A stretch of DNA of 64,000 nt from an uncultured Candidatus Saccharibacteria bacterium (GTDB lineage Bacteria > Patescibacteriota > Saccharimonadia > Saccharimonadales > Saccharimonadaceae), in NCBI GenBank assembly GCA_934717805.1, contig CAKUZG010000001.1:2806-66805 (forward strand), written 5' to 3'. Of this stretch, positions 8,398-17,810 are shown in pieces. The position numbers and the translations under genes are program-made. Every line of letters begins with the position of its first letter. The first letter of the stretch is position 1. The notes under the pieces are model-generated. The model saw nothing but the letters and a program-made list of their open reading frames with translations. It ran no database searches and was not told the DNA's origin.

Positions 8398-8733
8398 ATG
8401 AATTCGAAAGAACTTTTAAAAAGATTTGGCTCAACAAACTTATTTTTAGGCTTAAACGCTATTTTCTATACTCACCGAGTTAACAATATAGAAAAAACAC
8501 GGCTATTATCGAACAAGAAAAACTTCGATTTTTTGTTTTTAGAAATTGAACTTTATGAGCCAATGGGAGTTTTTAGAAGAAGAAGCTTCTTTTTTGTGCT
8601 AAATAAGAATAATTTAAAAGAAGCGAAAAAAGCTTTTCGAAACCGAGAAATTAAAGATTGGTATATCCGTAAATTTTTTTCTGCAGCTTTTTTTGAGGAT
8701 AAAAGGATAATCCAAATCTATAGCCAAATCTAA
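8398..8733 (+). CDS. hypothetical basic protein
   Basis: ATG at 8398 lies 8 nt after AAAGGGG. A terminator follows directly. No domain recognised. Confidence 0.5.
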   Translation: MNSKELLKRFGSTNLFLGLNAIFYTHRVNNIEKTRLLSNKKNFDFLFLEIELYEPMGVFRRRSFFFVLNKNNLKEAKKAFRNREIKDWYIRKFFSAAFFEDKRIIQIYSQI

Positions 8734-8739
8734 AACTAG

Positions 8740-8762
8740 CCGTTCATGTGAACGGTTTTTAT
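8740..8762 (+). terminator. rho-independent terminator
   Basis: CCGTTC-ATGT-GAACGG followed by TTTTT. Confidence 0.75.
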
Positions 8763-8818
8763 TTTAAAAAATCGCCCAGAGTTTGAGCGATTTTATGGTA
8801 ATTGTAATTTTTCGAAAG

Positions 8819-10129
8819 CTATTTTTTAAAGATTTCTTTCGAAATTTCACGAACGATTTCGGTATCGTTCCAAGGTGTTTTTTCGCCATCGATTATGCGA
8901 TAAACTTCGTGACCCAAGCCAGTGATTAACACGGTGTCACCTTTTCCTGCAATCTGTAGAGCTTTTCGAATTGCTTCTTTTCGATCTGGAATTTCTTGAA
9001 TATTTGCTGGCAATTTTCCATTCTTTTTCGAAAATCCTGCAATAATTTCTTCACGAATTTGTTTCGCATCTTCAGTGTAGTTTTCTTCATCTGTTACGAT
9101 AATTCGATCGGCCAAATCTTGAGCGATTTTTCCCATAATTGGGCGTTTTTCGCGATCGCGATCGCCACAAGCACCGAAAACTAAAATAGTTCGATTTTTA
9201 GTGATTTTCTTTGAAGTTTGAAGAAGTTTTTCGAGCGCGTCAGGTGTGTGAGCATAATCTACCACAACTTCGAAAGGAAGATTTGATGTTGCATATTGGA
9301 AACGTCCAGGAACGCCTTCAAGGTTCGCGATTCCTTCTTGAATATCTTGCAGTGAAATTCCTAAAAGATACGCACCAGCTGCCGCCGCAGTCATGTTGTA
9401 AACATTAAATTCTCCCGGCAAATTCGTAGCAATTTCAAGCGCCACGTTGTTATCGATTCGCAATTTAGCTTCACTTCCTTTTTTATAAAGTTTAAAGCTT
9501 TTAATTTTAACTTCTGCCGAATCGCTTTCGCCATAAGTGATTTTCTGGTCGCCAGCATCAAATTTATTAAAATAATCAAAGTATTTGTCGTCGGTATTTA
9601 AAACGATAAAGCGTGGTTGCATTTCGAAAAGCTTAGCTTTTGCTGCAGCGTAATTTTCCATTGTTTTATGATAGTCAAGATGATCTTGAGTAAGGTTAGT
9701 CATGATTGCCATTTCAATTGGTACGCCAGCGAATTTATACTGGTCGAGTGCGTGCGAAGTTGCTTCAATTAGCGCAAATTCAACATCGGCTTTTTTTGCA
9801 TCATAAAAGAATTTTTGCAATTTCGAAACTGTTGCAGTTGTAGAATTGGTGTCATTAACTGTTTGAATACCTGCAATTTCGATATTTGCAGTTGAAAACA
9901 TTGCTGTTTTGTAGCCAGCTTCTTTTAAAATCTCATTAAGAAAATTAACAGTAGTTGTTTTACCGTTGGTGCCGGTCACAGCAATCACTCGCAAATCACG
10001 AGCGGGATTTCCGTAACGCGCTGCAACTACTTTTGCGCGAGATTTTCGATAAGTTCTTTCAAGCTCAATAAGCGCCGATTTTGGCAAAACTTTTCGAGCG
10101 GTTTTAGCTAAAGTATTCTTAATGCTCAT
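8819..10129 (-). CDS. murE: UDP-N-acetylmuramoyl-tripeptide synthetase (MurE-type Mur ligase) with a short N-terminal region
   Basis: P-loop GTNGKTTT, DYAHTPDALEKLL, FGACGDRDREKRPIMG, GLGHE. Only about 50 aa precede the P-loop. Confidence 0.85.
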   Translation of the reverse strand: MSIKNTLAKTARKVLPKSALIELERTYRKSRAKVVAARYGNPARDLRVIAVTGTNGKTTTVNFLNEILKEAGYKTAMFSTANIEIAGIQTVNDTNSTTATVSKLQKFFYDAKKADVEFALIEATSHALDQYKFAGVPIEMAIMTNLTQDHLDYHKTMENYAAAKAKLFEMQPRFIVLNTDDKYFDYFNKFDAGDQKITYGESDSAEVKIKSFKLYKKGSEAKLRIDNNVALEIATNLPGEFNVYNMTAAAAGAYLLGISLQDIQEGIANLEGVPGRFQYATSNLPFEVVVDYAHTPDALEKLLQTSKKITKNRTILVFGACGDRDREKRPIMGKIAQDLADRIIVTDEENYTEDAKQIREEIIAGFSKKNGKLPANIQEIPDRKEAIRKALQIAGKGDTVLITGLGHEVYRIIDGEKTPWNDTEIVREISKEIFKK

Positions 10130-10217
10130 ACTTAAATTATATCACTTTTTTGAGATCAGAGCAAATTGCAAAACAAAAAAACAGCTTCTTTCGAAGACTG
10201 TTTTAAAAAATAATTTC

Positions 10218-10302
10218 TGGTACACGAGAAAGGACTTGAACCTTCACGCCGATTGGCACATGCTCCTAAGGCATGCGTGTCTACCAATTCCACCACTCGT
10301 GC
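10218..10302 (-). tRNA. tRNA-Leu (anticodon TAG), CCA encoded
   Basis: Reverse complement reads GCACGAG...CTCGTGT-A-CCA (G1-U72 wobble). Anticodon loop CTTAGGA, long variable arm. Confidence 0.9.
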
Positions 10303-10369
10303 AAAATTACTTTACTATTTTAACTGATATTTTTCGAAAAGTCAAGGATTTTTTCAAAAAATAGTTTTT

Positions 10370-10457
10370 TGGCGGAGAGAACAGGATTCGAACCTGCGAG
10401 AGCTTGCGCCCAACACGCGTTCCAGGCGTGCGCCTTAAACCACTCGGCCATCTCTCC
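10370..10457 (-). tRNA. tRNA-Ser (anticodon GGA), CCA encoded
   Basis: Reverse complement reads GGAGAGA...TCTCTCC-G-CCA. Anticodon loop CTGGAAC, long variable arm. Confidence 0.92.
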
Positions 10458-10574
10458 ATGAAAATATTATAACACGCTAAAACTATTAGTCCAAATTAAA
10501 TATATACTAAACTTTTTAAATGAATCGTGCTATAATTTCAGATATAATTATTTAATATTTTAAGGAATGAGTTA

Positions 10575-10976
10575 ATGCAAGAAAAATCAATTTTTACGCG
10601 AATTATTGAGGGCGAAATTCCCTGCCATAAGGTTTATGAAGACGAAAAAGTTTTTGCGATGCTTGATATTGAACCACTTTCGAACGGCCATGTTTTGGTC
10701 TTTCCGAAAAAGCAAGTTGATTTGCTTTGGGACTTAGAGCAAGATGATTATGATTATTTGTGGCAAATTGCTAAAAAAATTGCTAAAAAAATTCAAGCCG
10801 AAATGAAACCGATTCGTGTTGGCGTTGTAGTTGAAGGTTTTGGCGTGCCACATGCACACATTCACCTTGTGCCACTTTATGATCAAAATGTTTTGCAACT
10901 CCATCACGGCTACCCTGCTGAAACTTCACCAGAAGAACTTGCAAAAATTGCCGCAAAAATCGCTTTCGAAAAATAA
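10575..10976 (+). CDS. HIT-family (histidine triad) nucleotide hydrolase
   Basis: HxHxHxx motif (HAHIHLVP) and a typical N-terminal FxxIxxGExP. Confidence 0.9.
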   Translation: MQEKSIFTRIIEGEIPCHKVYEDEKVFAMLDIEPLSNGHVLVFPKKQVDLLWDLEQDDYDYLWQIAKKIAKKIQAEMKPIRVGVVVEGFGVPHAHIHLVPLYDQNVLQLHHGYPAETSPEELAKIAAKIAFEK

Positions 10977-10983
10977 AAAAGAA

Positions 10984-11006
10984 CCCCACAAATTGTGGGG
11001 TTTAAA
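10984..11006 (+). terminator. hairpin terminator (weak T-run)
   Basis: CCCCACA-AAT-TGTGGGG followed by TTTAAAT. Confidence 0.5.
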
Positions 11007-11036
11007 TAAGTGAGATGTTAGATTAAGCTGCGTTTT

Positions 11037-11345
11037 TTAAAGCATAACGATGTCTTTTTGTGCCCAAAATTCAATTTCTTCCCGGACGGTATGTGCATAT
11101 CCTCCATCATGCTTGTCCTCGACATGCATTGAAAAGTTTCCAGTCTGATTTTTTGATACGTATTCTTCTAGCTGACGTGGATAGAATTTTAAGAAATCGT
11201 ACCGGTTTTCATCTGAAGCTTTAGAGAAGTCAACACCTTCTACTGTTTTCCAATCAGGTTTGCCTTTGTCTTTTGATTGTAATTTCAAAATGACTGTGCC
11301 ATCAGGTTGTTTTTCAAACTTTGTGTAAACTCCGAGTTTAGACAT
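11037..11345 (-). CDS. hypothetical 102-aa protein
   Basis: SD GGAG lies 7 nt before the ATG. The leader contains the 20-nt block shared with 30624-30643. No domain recognised. Confidence 0.55.
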   Translation of the reverse strand: MSKLGVYTKFEKQPDGTVILKLQSKDKGKPDWKTVEGVDFSKASDENRYDFLKFYPRQLEEYVSKNQTGNFSMHVEDKHDGGYAHTVREEIEFWAQKDIVML

Positions 11346-11552
11346 ATAGGTTCTCCGCGCTTAAAGCCCGCATGGCTATAGAATATTTTCGAAACTTTTT
11401 AGCTTCGAAAGCTGAGCTCAAATTTTTAAACTCAATTTTCGAAACTAAAAATCGATAAATAGCCAATTTCTCACTTCTGAAATGTTCCCTTGTTCCACAC
11501 AAGCTTTTAAATTATATCACAAAAAAATAAAAAAGTCAATAGTTATATCACA

Positions 11553-11584
11553 AAAAAAGAAAAAGCCTTGCAAAAACAAGGCTT
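11553..11584 (-). terminator. rho-independent terminator of the 11606-11944 gene
   Basis: AAGCCTTG-CAAAAA-CAAGGCTT, with the T-run on the minus strand. Confidence 0.75.
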
Positions 11585-11605
11585 GATTTAAGAATTGAGC
11601 TGTAT

Positions 11606-11944
11606 TTAGCTGTACTTAGCCAAGGCTTGACAGCCAATAATTTGGCCATCGCTATTTCTCACTGTCTTACCAGTAAGAAGTAAATCTCGCGTATTCCGAC
11701 CGCTTAAACTTGCGGCTTTAGCGGTTAAGGCGCTTACAATATAGTAAGTTCCCTGGCTATATTCTGGCAAATCAACTGGTTCGCCAAATGTCGTTTTGAC
11801 AATTGGAATACCTTCAAGTGTCCCAATTTCAACATCCTTTTGTGCAGCTCTTGCCACGCCCGCAGATTCGAAGACTTTAATTACATCGCCCTCTTTATCC
11901 ACGATGTTGATTCTGTGCGGTGTCAAGTTAATGATATTTGTCAT
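11606..11944 (-). CDS. hypothetical 112-aa protein (conserved-looking, starts MTNIINLTPHRINI)
   Basis: Clean ORF with its own terminator. No family name recalled with certainty. Confidence 0.55.
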   Translation of the reverse strand: MTNIINLTPHRINIVDKEGDVIKVFESAGVARAAQKDVEIGTLEGIPIVKTTFGEPVDLPEYSQGTYYIVSALTAKAASLSGRNTRDLLLTGKTVRNSDGQIIGCQALAKYS

Positions 11945-12193
11945 TTTTATTTACTTCCTCTTTCGAGGCCCTTCTATTATTTTACCAAGTTTACTACTTA
12001 GCAAAAAATCTTTAAATAATCTTTAAAAACTTATTGCTAAGCAGTAAAAAGATAATAAAATGAACAATATTTTTTTAGCTCAATTCTGGTAATGTTCGGT
12101 TGTGCTTGCAATAACCACAACTCTGTTAATTATAGCATAATTATAATAAAAAGTCAAATTCGAAAAAACTCAAAAAAATGTTAAAATAAGAAT

Positions 12194-12652
12194 ATGAAAA
12201 TGAAAATTATTGCGATTGGTAAAAAACATGAAAAATGGGTTGCGAGTGGAATTGAAATGTTCGAAAAACGGTTAAAAAAGCCGTTTGGGGTGGAATGGCA
12301 GATTTTGGCGCATTCGAATTTTGCCGAAGAAAAAGCTCGTGAAGAAGAAACTTTGCGAATTTTAGAGAAAATTAAGCCGAATGATTTTGTGATTTTACTC
12401 GATGAGCGCGGTAAAAATATTTCTAGTCCAGAATTTGCGAAATTGCTTTCGAACGGTTTTGTAAATTCGCAAAATTTTGTGATTGTGATTGGTGGCGCTT
12501 TCGGGGTTACGGAAGAGCTTCGAAAACGTGCAAATTTTGTTTGGAGTCTTTCGAAATTGGTTTTTCCGCACCAAATTGTGCGACTAATTTTAATTGAACA
12601 GATTTATCGGGCGCAAGAAATTTCTTCTGGCGGAAAATATCATCACGAATAA
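12194..12652 (+). CDS. rlmH: 23S rRNA (pseudouridine1915-N3)-methyltransferase RlmH (SPOUT)
   Basis: Length about 152 aa, IIAIGKK start, IGGAFG and C-terminal YHHE, all typical of RlmH. Confidence 0.88.
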   Translation: MKMKIIAIGKKHEKWVASGIEMFEKRLKKPFGVEWQILAHSNFAEEKAREEETLRILEKIKPNDFVILLDERGKNISSPEFAKLLSNGFVNSQNFVIVIGGAFGVTEELRKRANFVWSLSKLVFPHQIVRLILIEQIYRAQEISSGGKYHHE

Positions 12653-12755
12653 CTTTATTTTGTGGAAAAAACTGTGGAAAATTTCCAAAAAATGTATTAA
12701 AAAATAAGCTAAAGCAATTGCTAAAAATCGCAAAAAAATATATAATAGAATTACT

Positions 12756-13556
12756 ATGGCGAAAAATGAAAAAGAAATTGTTAAACTGCGAAATTTAAAG
12801 AAGCGTTTTGGTGTTGGCGACGCTGAAAACTATGCCTTGAACGGTGTTAATTTAACTATCAAACAGGGCGAATTCATTATAATTATGGGGCCTTCTGGCT
12901 GCGGAAAAACCACTCTTCTTAATACGATCGGGCTTCTTGATCGTGCGACGGAAGGAGATTATATTTTTGATGGGCGAAATGTTGCGCGAATGTCGCGTTC
13001 AAAGCAAGCGCAAATTCGAAGTGAAAAAATCGGGTTTATTTTCCAGAATTTTAATCTAATTCCTCGCTTAACGGTGATTGAAAACGTTGCTCTTCCCCTT
13101 GTTTATAAAGGTGTTGGCAAGGTTAAACGCCTTGAACAAGCTTCAGAAAGTTTGAAACAATTTCATCTTGGTGAACGTGAATTTTATATGCCGTGGCAAC
13201 TTTCGGGTGGTCAAACACAACGTGTAGCAATTGCACGAGCTCTTGTGAATAAGCCGTCAATTATTCTTGCTGATGAGCCAACTGGAAATCTAGATTCAAA
13301 GAGTTCACACATTATTATGGAAGAATTAGCCGATGTGCATAAAAAAGGTAATACTATTATTATGGTAACGCACAACCCTGAATTAATGGCATATGCTACG
13401 CGAATCATTACAATGTTTGATGGAAAAATCGACACTGATACCAAAAAGAAATCCGCTAAAAATTCTTCGAAAAAAGATGAAGAGCCAAACACGCTAGATA
13501 AACTTGAGCAGATGGAAGAAAAAATCGATGAAATTAAAGAGGAATTAGGAGTTTAG
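12756..13556 (+). CDS. ABC transporter ATP-binding protein (MacB/LolD-type) with K/E-rich tail
   Basis: Walker A GPSGCGKTT, signature LSGGQTQR, Walker B ILADEPTGNLD. Confidence 0.92.
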   Translation: MAKNEKEIVKLRNLKKRFGVGDAENYALNGVNLTIKQGEFIIIMGPSGCGKTTLLNTIGLLDRATEGDYIFDGRNVARMSRSKQAQIRSEKIGFIFQNFNLIPRLTVIENVALPLVYKGVGKVKRLEQASESLKQFHLGEREFYMPWQLSGGQTQRVAIARALVNKPSIILADEPTGNLDSKSSHIIMEELADVHKKGNTIIMVTHNPELMAYATRIITMFDGKIDTDTKKKSAKNSSKKDEEPNTLDKLEQMEEKIDEIKEELGV

Positions 13557-13557
13557 A

Positions 13558-14790
13558 ATGAGTCCGAGAGTTTTAAAAACGAATATTGAAAATGCAATAG
13601 AATCGCTCCACGCAAATCGTTTGAGAACTTTCTTGACGATGCTTGGTGTAATGATTGGTATCGCTAGTGTTGTGGTTATTTTTTCACTTTCTGGCGGTGT
13701 GGGCTCAATGATTTCAAATCAAATTGTTGCTGAAGGTGGTGCTTTAGCGGTTGTTCGACCAAAAGAATTAACTGCAAATAATAAAAATGTAATTACGAGC
13801 TTGGCGACTTCGAAAAACTTTACGCAAAGTTCGATTACGAATGAAGATCTTAGTACAATTTCGAAAATTAAAGATGTATCAGCGGTTGCTCCACTTGCGA
13901 ATTTTTCAGCAAAAGTTAGAGGAGATGGCGAAGAAAAATACGCAAATCTTCTTGCAACAAGCCCAAGTCTTGATCAAACTGTAAGTCTTAAAGTGCGTGA
14001 AGGTCAATTTATAGCTGATAGTGCAAATGCAAATACGGTTGTGATTGGTAATCAGATGGCGATTGATCTATTCGGAACAACTCAAGCTGTTGGTAAAGAA
14101 ATTGCAATGAAGGGTGAGAAATTCATTGTGATTGGTGTCTTAGCGCATCAAAGTTCATCAATTAACTTTAGTAATGTTGATTTTAATAATACTGCAATTA
14201 TTCCGTATGAAACCGCAAAACGAATCATTGGTGATAATTTACAGATTCAACAAGTAAATATTCATGCGAAAAGTATTAATAGCCTAGGAGCAATTCAAAA
14301 ACAAATTGAAAGCGAGCTTTTGAAAAAACATAATGGTGAGCATGATTTTGAAGTTCTTGCGGGTAAAAATATTTCACATCCATCAGATAAATTCATTGAA
14401 CTTTCAACACTAATCTTAGCAATTGTTGCTAGCGTTTCATTGGTTGTTGGTGGAATCGGGATTATGAATATTATGCTGGTGAATGTTAGTGAACGAACAC
14501 GTGAAATCGGAATTCGAAAAGCACTTGGTGCGAATAACCGACACATTTTGTTCCAGTTCTTGACTGAATCAATGATTATTTCGCTTGGTGGTGGAATGCT
14601 TGGATATTTGATTGGCTATGCGTTTTCATTTGGTGTAAGTATGTTCTTGCCATTTAGTCCGGTTATTTCTTGGCAGATTGCACTTTTGGTTTGTGGGCTT
14701 TCAACAGTTGTTGGTGTGATTTTTGGTTTATACCCTGCCTTCCGTGCAGCTCGAAAAGATCCGATTGTCAGTTTGCGCCAATATTCATAA
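13558..14790 (+). CDS. ABC transporter permease (MacB-like periplasmic domain plus FtsX domain)
   Basis: N-terminal TM, large extracytoplasmic domain, C-terminal FtsX-type helices (ERTREIGIRKALGA motif). Translationally coupled to the ATPase. Confidence 0.9.
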   Translation: MSPRVLKTNIENAIESLHANRLRTFLTMLGVMIGIASVVVIFSLSGGVGSMISNQIVAEGGALAVVRPKELTANNKNVITSLATSKNFTQSSITNEDLSTISKIKDVSAVAPLANFSAKVRGDGEEKYANLLATSPSLDQTVSLKVREGQFIADSANANTVVIGNQMAIDLFGTTQAVGKEIAMKGEKFIVIGVLAHQSSSINFSNVDFNNTAIIPYETAKRIIGDNLQIQQVNIHAKSINSLGAIQKQIESELLKKHNGEHDFEVLAGKNISHPSDKFIELSTLILAIVASVSLVVGGIGIMNIMLVNVSERTREIGIRKALGANNRHILFQFLTESMIISLGGGMLGYLIGYAFSFGVSMFLPFSPVISWQIALLVCGLSTVVGVIFGLYPAFRAARKDPIVSLRQYS

Positions 14791-14808
14791 TTATTTAATA
14801 AATAAAAA

Positions 14809-14830
14809 GGTCGCTTGAATGCGACCTTTT
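14809..14830. terminator. bidirectional terminator
   Basis: GGTCGC-TTGAAT-GCGACC flanked by A- and T-runs, between convergent genes. Confidence 0.7.
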
Positions 14831-14843
14831 AAGTTTCGAAAAA

Positions 14844-15323
14844 TTAAACGTTTGTTGGTGGAACACCGTTCACACCATTTGGATTGCTTCCTCCACCGAA
14901 ACCAGTTCCGGTACCTGTAAACAATCCGATAATGAAGTTGATGATTGCGTATGCAAGAAGCGCGATAATTAAACCAACGATTGCATAAAGGATTGTATTT
15001 TTTGCAGCGTCAACTTTTTTTGAATCCCCGTTTGAGAGAATGTAGCGAAGACCACCATAGATTAGCATAACAACGCTAAGAATTCCTACTGCGAAAAGCA
15101 TCATGTTAATCATTTGGGTGAAAATTCCAGTATTTCCATCGCCAAAAAGGGTTGTTGGAACGCCTACACCACGGCCTCTATCCGCTCCACCTTGAACTCC
15201 ACTATTAAAAATAGTGTTAGTCGCAAAAGAATTAAGCGTTAGAAAAGTTGCCGGAAAAGCCGAAGCTATAAAACCGCTAATTGAGATTTTCGAAACTTGT
15301 TTTAAATTCTTCATAATAGGCAT
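14844..15323 (-). CDS. TrbC/VirB2-like (type IV secretion pilin-like) small membrane protein
   Basis: Signal-like N-terminus and two hydrophobic helices around GGLRYILSNGDSKKVDAAKNTILYAIVGL, the pattern I associate with T4SS pilin-like proteins common in CPR and Gram-positives. Confidence 0.6.
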   Translation of the reverse strand: MPIMKNLKQVSKISISGFIASAFPATFLTLNSFATNTIFNSGVQGGADRGRGVGVPTTLFGDGNTGIFTQMINMMLFAVGILSVVMLIYGGLRYILSNGDSKKVDAAKNTILYAIVGLIIALLAYAIINFIIGLFTGTGTGFGGGSNPNGVNGVPPTNV

Positions 15324-15396
15324 ATTATATCAAAAAAATGGTTTTTTGTCAATGCTCTTGTGTTTTTTGTAAAAATTTGTTAAAATGGAAAGTACT

Positions 15397-15489
15397 GGAG
15401 GATTACCCAAGTGGCTGAAGGGGACGGTTTGCTAAATCGTTAGTCTGGGGAAACCTGGAGCGGGAGTTCGAATCTCCCATCCTCCGCCA
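15397..15489 (+). tRNA. tRNA-Ser (anticodon GCT), CCA encoded
   Basis: GGAGGAT...ATCCTCC-G-CCA, anticodon loop TTGCTAA, long variable arm. Confidence 0.92.
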
Positions 15490-15496
15490 AATAAAA

Positions 15497-15525
15497 AACT
15501 CATCGTAAGATGAGCTTTTTATTTT
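15497..15525. terminator. bidirectional terminator
   Basis: CTCATC-GTAA-GATGAG flanked by A- and T-runs. Confidence 0.75.
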
Positions 15526-15539
15526 GTAGCATTTTAGCT

Positions 15540-17666
15540 TTATTGCTTTACGCCTTTCATTGTAAGATTTAATCTTCCCTTTTCATCAATTTTATCTAGT
15601 TTTACCCAAATTTCTTGATCTTGACTTAAAACATCTGTAACTTTTTCGGTTCGCTTTTCAGACATTTGTGAAATGTGAAGCATTCCATCAATTCCAGGAA
15701 GAATATTTACGAAAGCACCGAAGTCTTTAATTGAAACAACTTTTCCGCGATAGATTTTGCCAACTTCAGGCTCTTCAACCAATGATTTAATCCAATTTAG
15801 TGCTTTTTCGATTTGTTCAGCATTTGAGCTTGCGATTGTAATCAAGCCGTCTTCCTTAATATCAACTTCGGCACCAGTTTCAGAAGTGATTTTATTGATT
15901 GTTTCACCACCTTTACCAATGATTGCACCGATTTTTTCAGGATTAATTTTAATTTTTTCAATTCGTGGCGCATATGGTGAAAGCGATTTTTTAGGCTCAG
16001 AAATCACACTTAACATGTGGCGCAAAATGTGTTCGCGACCTTTTTTCGAAGTTAAAATTGCTTTTTCGAGAACTGAAACTGGCAAACCATGAACTTTCAT
16101 ATCCATCTGGAGTGCTGTAATTCCGTTTTTCGAACCCGTACATTTGAAATCCATATCGCCAGCAAAGTCTTCGGCGTCGGCAATATCACTTAGAATGTAA
16201 GGTGTTTCGCCATCCATCATCAATCCCATTGCGATTCCTGAAACAGGATTTTTCAAAGGCACACCTGCACTCATTAAAGCCATACAACTTGAACAAGTTG
16301 CCGCCATTGAAGTTGAACCATTTTGGCTCATAATTTCGGTCACGCTACGGATTGCGTAAGGAAAATCTTCAATACTTGGTAGAACTGCTTCCAAAGCTCG
16401 TTGTGCCAAATAGCCGTGGCCAATTTCGCGTCGGCCGGGGCTTCCTAAGCGGCGAGGTTCACCAACGGTATATCCGGGTGCATTGTAGTGGTGCATATAT
16501 CGGCGTTCAATTTCGTTGAACTCCATTGTATCAACTAATTGCGAATACGAAAGTGGCGCAAGAGTTACGATATTCATTGCTTGAGTCACACCACGAGTAA
16601 AGAGGCTCGAACCGTGTGCGCGTGGTAAAAAGTCGATTTCGCTTGAAAGTGGTCGAATTTCATCTAACTCACGGCCATCTGGTCGCTCACCGTCTTCGAT
16701 AATTCCCTTTCGAACTGCTTTATGAACCGCTAAAGTAAATGCTTCATCATATTCTTTTCGAATTTCTTCATACGCTTCTTCACCAAATTTTTCGAGCATT
16801 TCTGCGTGGAATTTCTCACGAATCTCGGCAATATTTTGGTTGTATTTTGGATAAGCCTCACGAATTTTCGAATCAAATTTTCCGTCCGTCCATTCTTCAA
16901 CCTCTTTCGAAATCTCTTCATTCGGCAAAACTAGTTCGAAAGCGCGCTCCTCAAAATAACCTGCTTCGATATATTTTGCACGTAATTCATTTTGGAGCTT
17001 AATTGCTGGTTGGAAATTTTCGTAAGCCCAAGCTAGACCTGCAATAATTTCTTCTTCAGGAACTTCATTGGCGCCAGCTTCAACCATTGTTATACCACTT
17101 TCAATTCCAGCAACAACCAAATTGAGCGGAGATTTTTCACGTTCTTCAGGATTTAAGAAAGCTTTAAATTCACCGTTAATTTTACCAATTCGAAGACCAG
17201 CAACTGGACCATCAAATGGAACTCCAGCAAGATGCAACGCGCTCGAAGCCGCAATCATCGCAATCATATCTGGTCGAAATTCCGGATCAGCCGAAAGAAC
17301 TGTCGTGACGACTTGAACTTCTTCGCGATAACCTTTTGGAAACAAAGGTCGAATTGGGCGATCGATTAATCGACCAATCAAAACTGCATCATCGCTTGGG
17401 CGACCTTCGCGCTTAATAAATCTTGAGCCAGAAATTCGTCCGCTCGCGTACCACTTCTCTTCGTAATCAATTGAAAGTGGAAAATAATCTAGTGCTACTG
17501 GTTTAGAGCCCAATTGAACCGTTCCCAAGACAACAGTTTCGCCATATTTTACGATAACGCTTGAAGTTGAGCGAAAGCCAACTTTGCCAACTTCTAGTGT
17601 TAATTTTCGACCCAAGAAATCAGTACTAACCGAAATTAATTTCTTCCCGGTTGGATTTATGATCAT
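15540..17666 (-). CDS. pnp: polyribonucleotide nucleotidyltransferase (PNPase)
   Basis: Two RNase PH domains plus KH (GKGGETINKI) and S1 (GKVVSIKDFGAFV). Start moved to the ATG at 17666, 5 nt after GAAGGAGAAG. The longer track ORF reads through the leader. Confidence 0.95.
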   Translation of the reverse strand: MIINPTGKKLISVSTDFLGRKLTLEVGKVGFRSTSSVIVKYGETVVLGTVQLGSKPVALDYFPLSIDYEEKWYASGRISGSRFIKREGRPSDDAVLIGRLIDRPIRPLFPKGYREEVQVVTTVLSADPEFRPDMIAMIAASSALHLAGVPFDGPVAGLRIGKINGEFKAFLNPEEREKSPLNLVVAGIESGITMVEAGANEVPEEEIIAGLAWAYENFQPAIKLQNELRAKYIEAGYFEERAFELVLPNEEISKEVEEWTDGKFDSKIREAYPKYNQNIAEIREKFHAEMLEKFGEEAYEEIRKEYDEAFTLAVHKAVRKGIIEDGERPDGRELDEIRPLSSEIDFLPRAHGSSLFTRGVTQAMNIVTLAPLSYSQLVDTMEFNEIERRYMHHYNAPGYTVGEPRRLGSPGRREIGHGYLAQRALEAVLPSIEDFPYAIRSVTEIMSQNGSTSMAATCSSCMALMSAGVPLKNPVSGIAMGLMMDGETPYILSDIADAEDFAGDMDFKCTGSKNGITALQMDMKVHGLPVSVLEKAILTSKKGREHILRHMLSVISEPKKSLSPYAPRIEKIKINPEKIGAIIGKGGETINKITSETGAEVDIKEDGLITIASSNAEQIEKALNWIKSLVEEPEVGKIYRGKVVSIKDFGAFVNILPGIDGMLHISQMSEKRTEKVTDVLSQDQEIWVKLDKIDEKGRLNLTMKGVKQ

Positions 17667-17790
17667 ATCTTCTCCTTCTGCCAAATGAGTTGCAGGAATC
17701 CTCTTCGAAAATCTTTCGAAAATAATTTCTACCACACATTTGGCGTTAATTTTACCCTTTTATTATAGCATTTTCAATTAAAATTAGCAA
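17667..17790 (-). promoter_or_regulatory. sigma70-type promoter plus about 95-nt structured leader of pnp (copy A of a duplicated module)
   Basis: -35 TTGCTA (17785-17790), 17-nt spacer, -10 TATAAT (17762-17767). Leader helix GCCAAATG...CATTTGGC abuts the SD. 38 nt including the SD and start match copy B with one mismatch. Confidence 0.65.
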
Positions 17791-17810
17791 AATATAATCA
17801 CTGATTAATT

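Noticed and set aside
10122-10364. 80-aa ORF in the track.
   Set aside because: It lies antisense across the tRNA-Leu gene and runs up to, but stops just short of, tRNA-Ser(GGA). It is an artefact of tRNA sequence.
12661-12681. Two TGTGGAAAA sites (one mismatch from the DnaA box TGTGGATAA) upstream of the ABC transporter, possibly marking oriC.
   Set aside because: Only two imperfect boxes, no dnaA/dnaN nearby, and no AT-rich unwinding repeats.
17667-17735. N-terminal extensions MVEIIFERFSKRIPATHLAEGED (pnp) and MAEGED (ASCH gene, 18141-18158).
   Set aside because: They translate the shared leader and SD sequence. A canonical GAAGGAGAAG-5 nt-ATG start follows in both genes.
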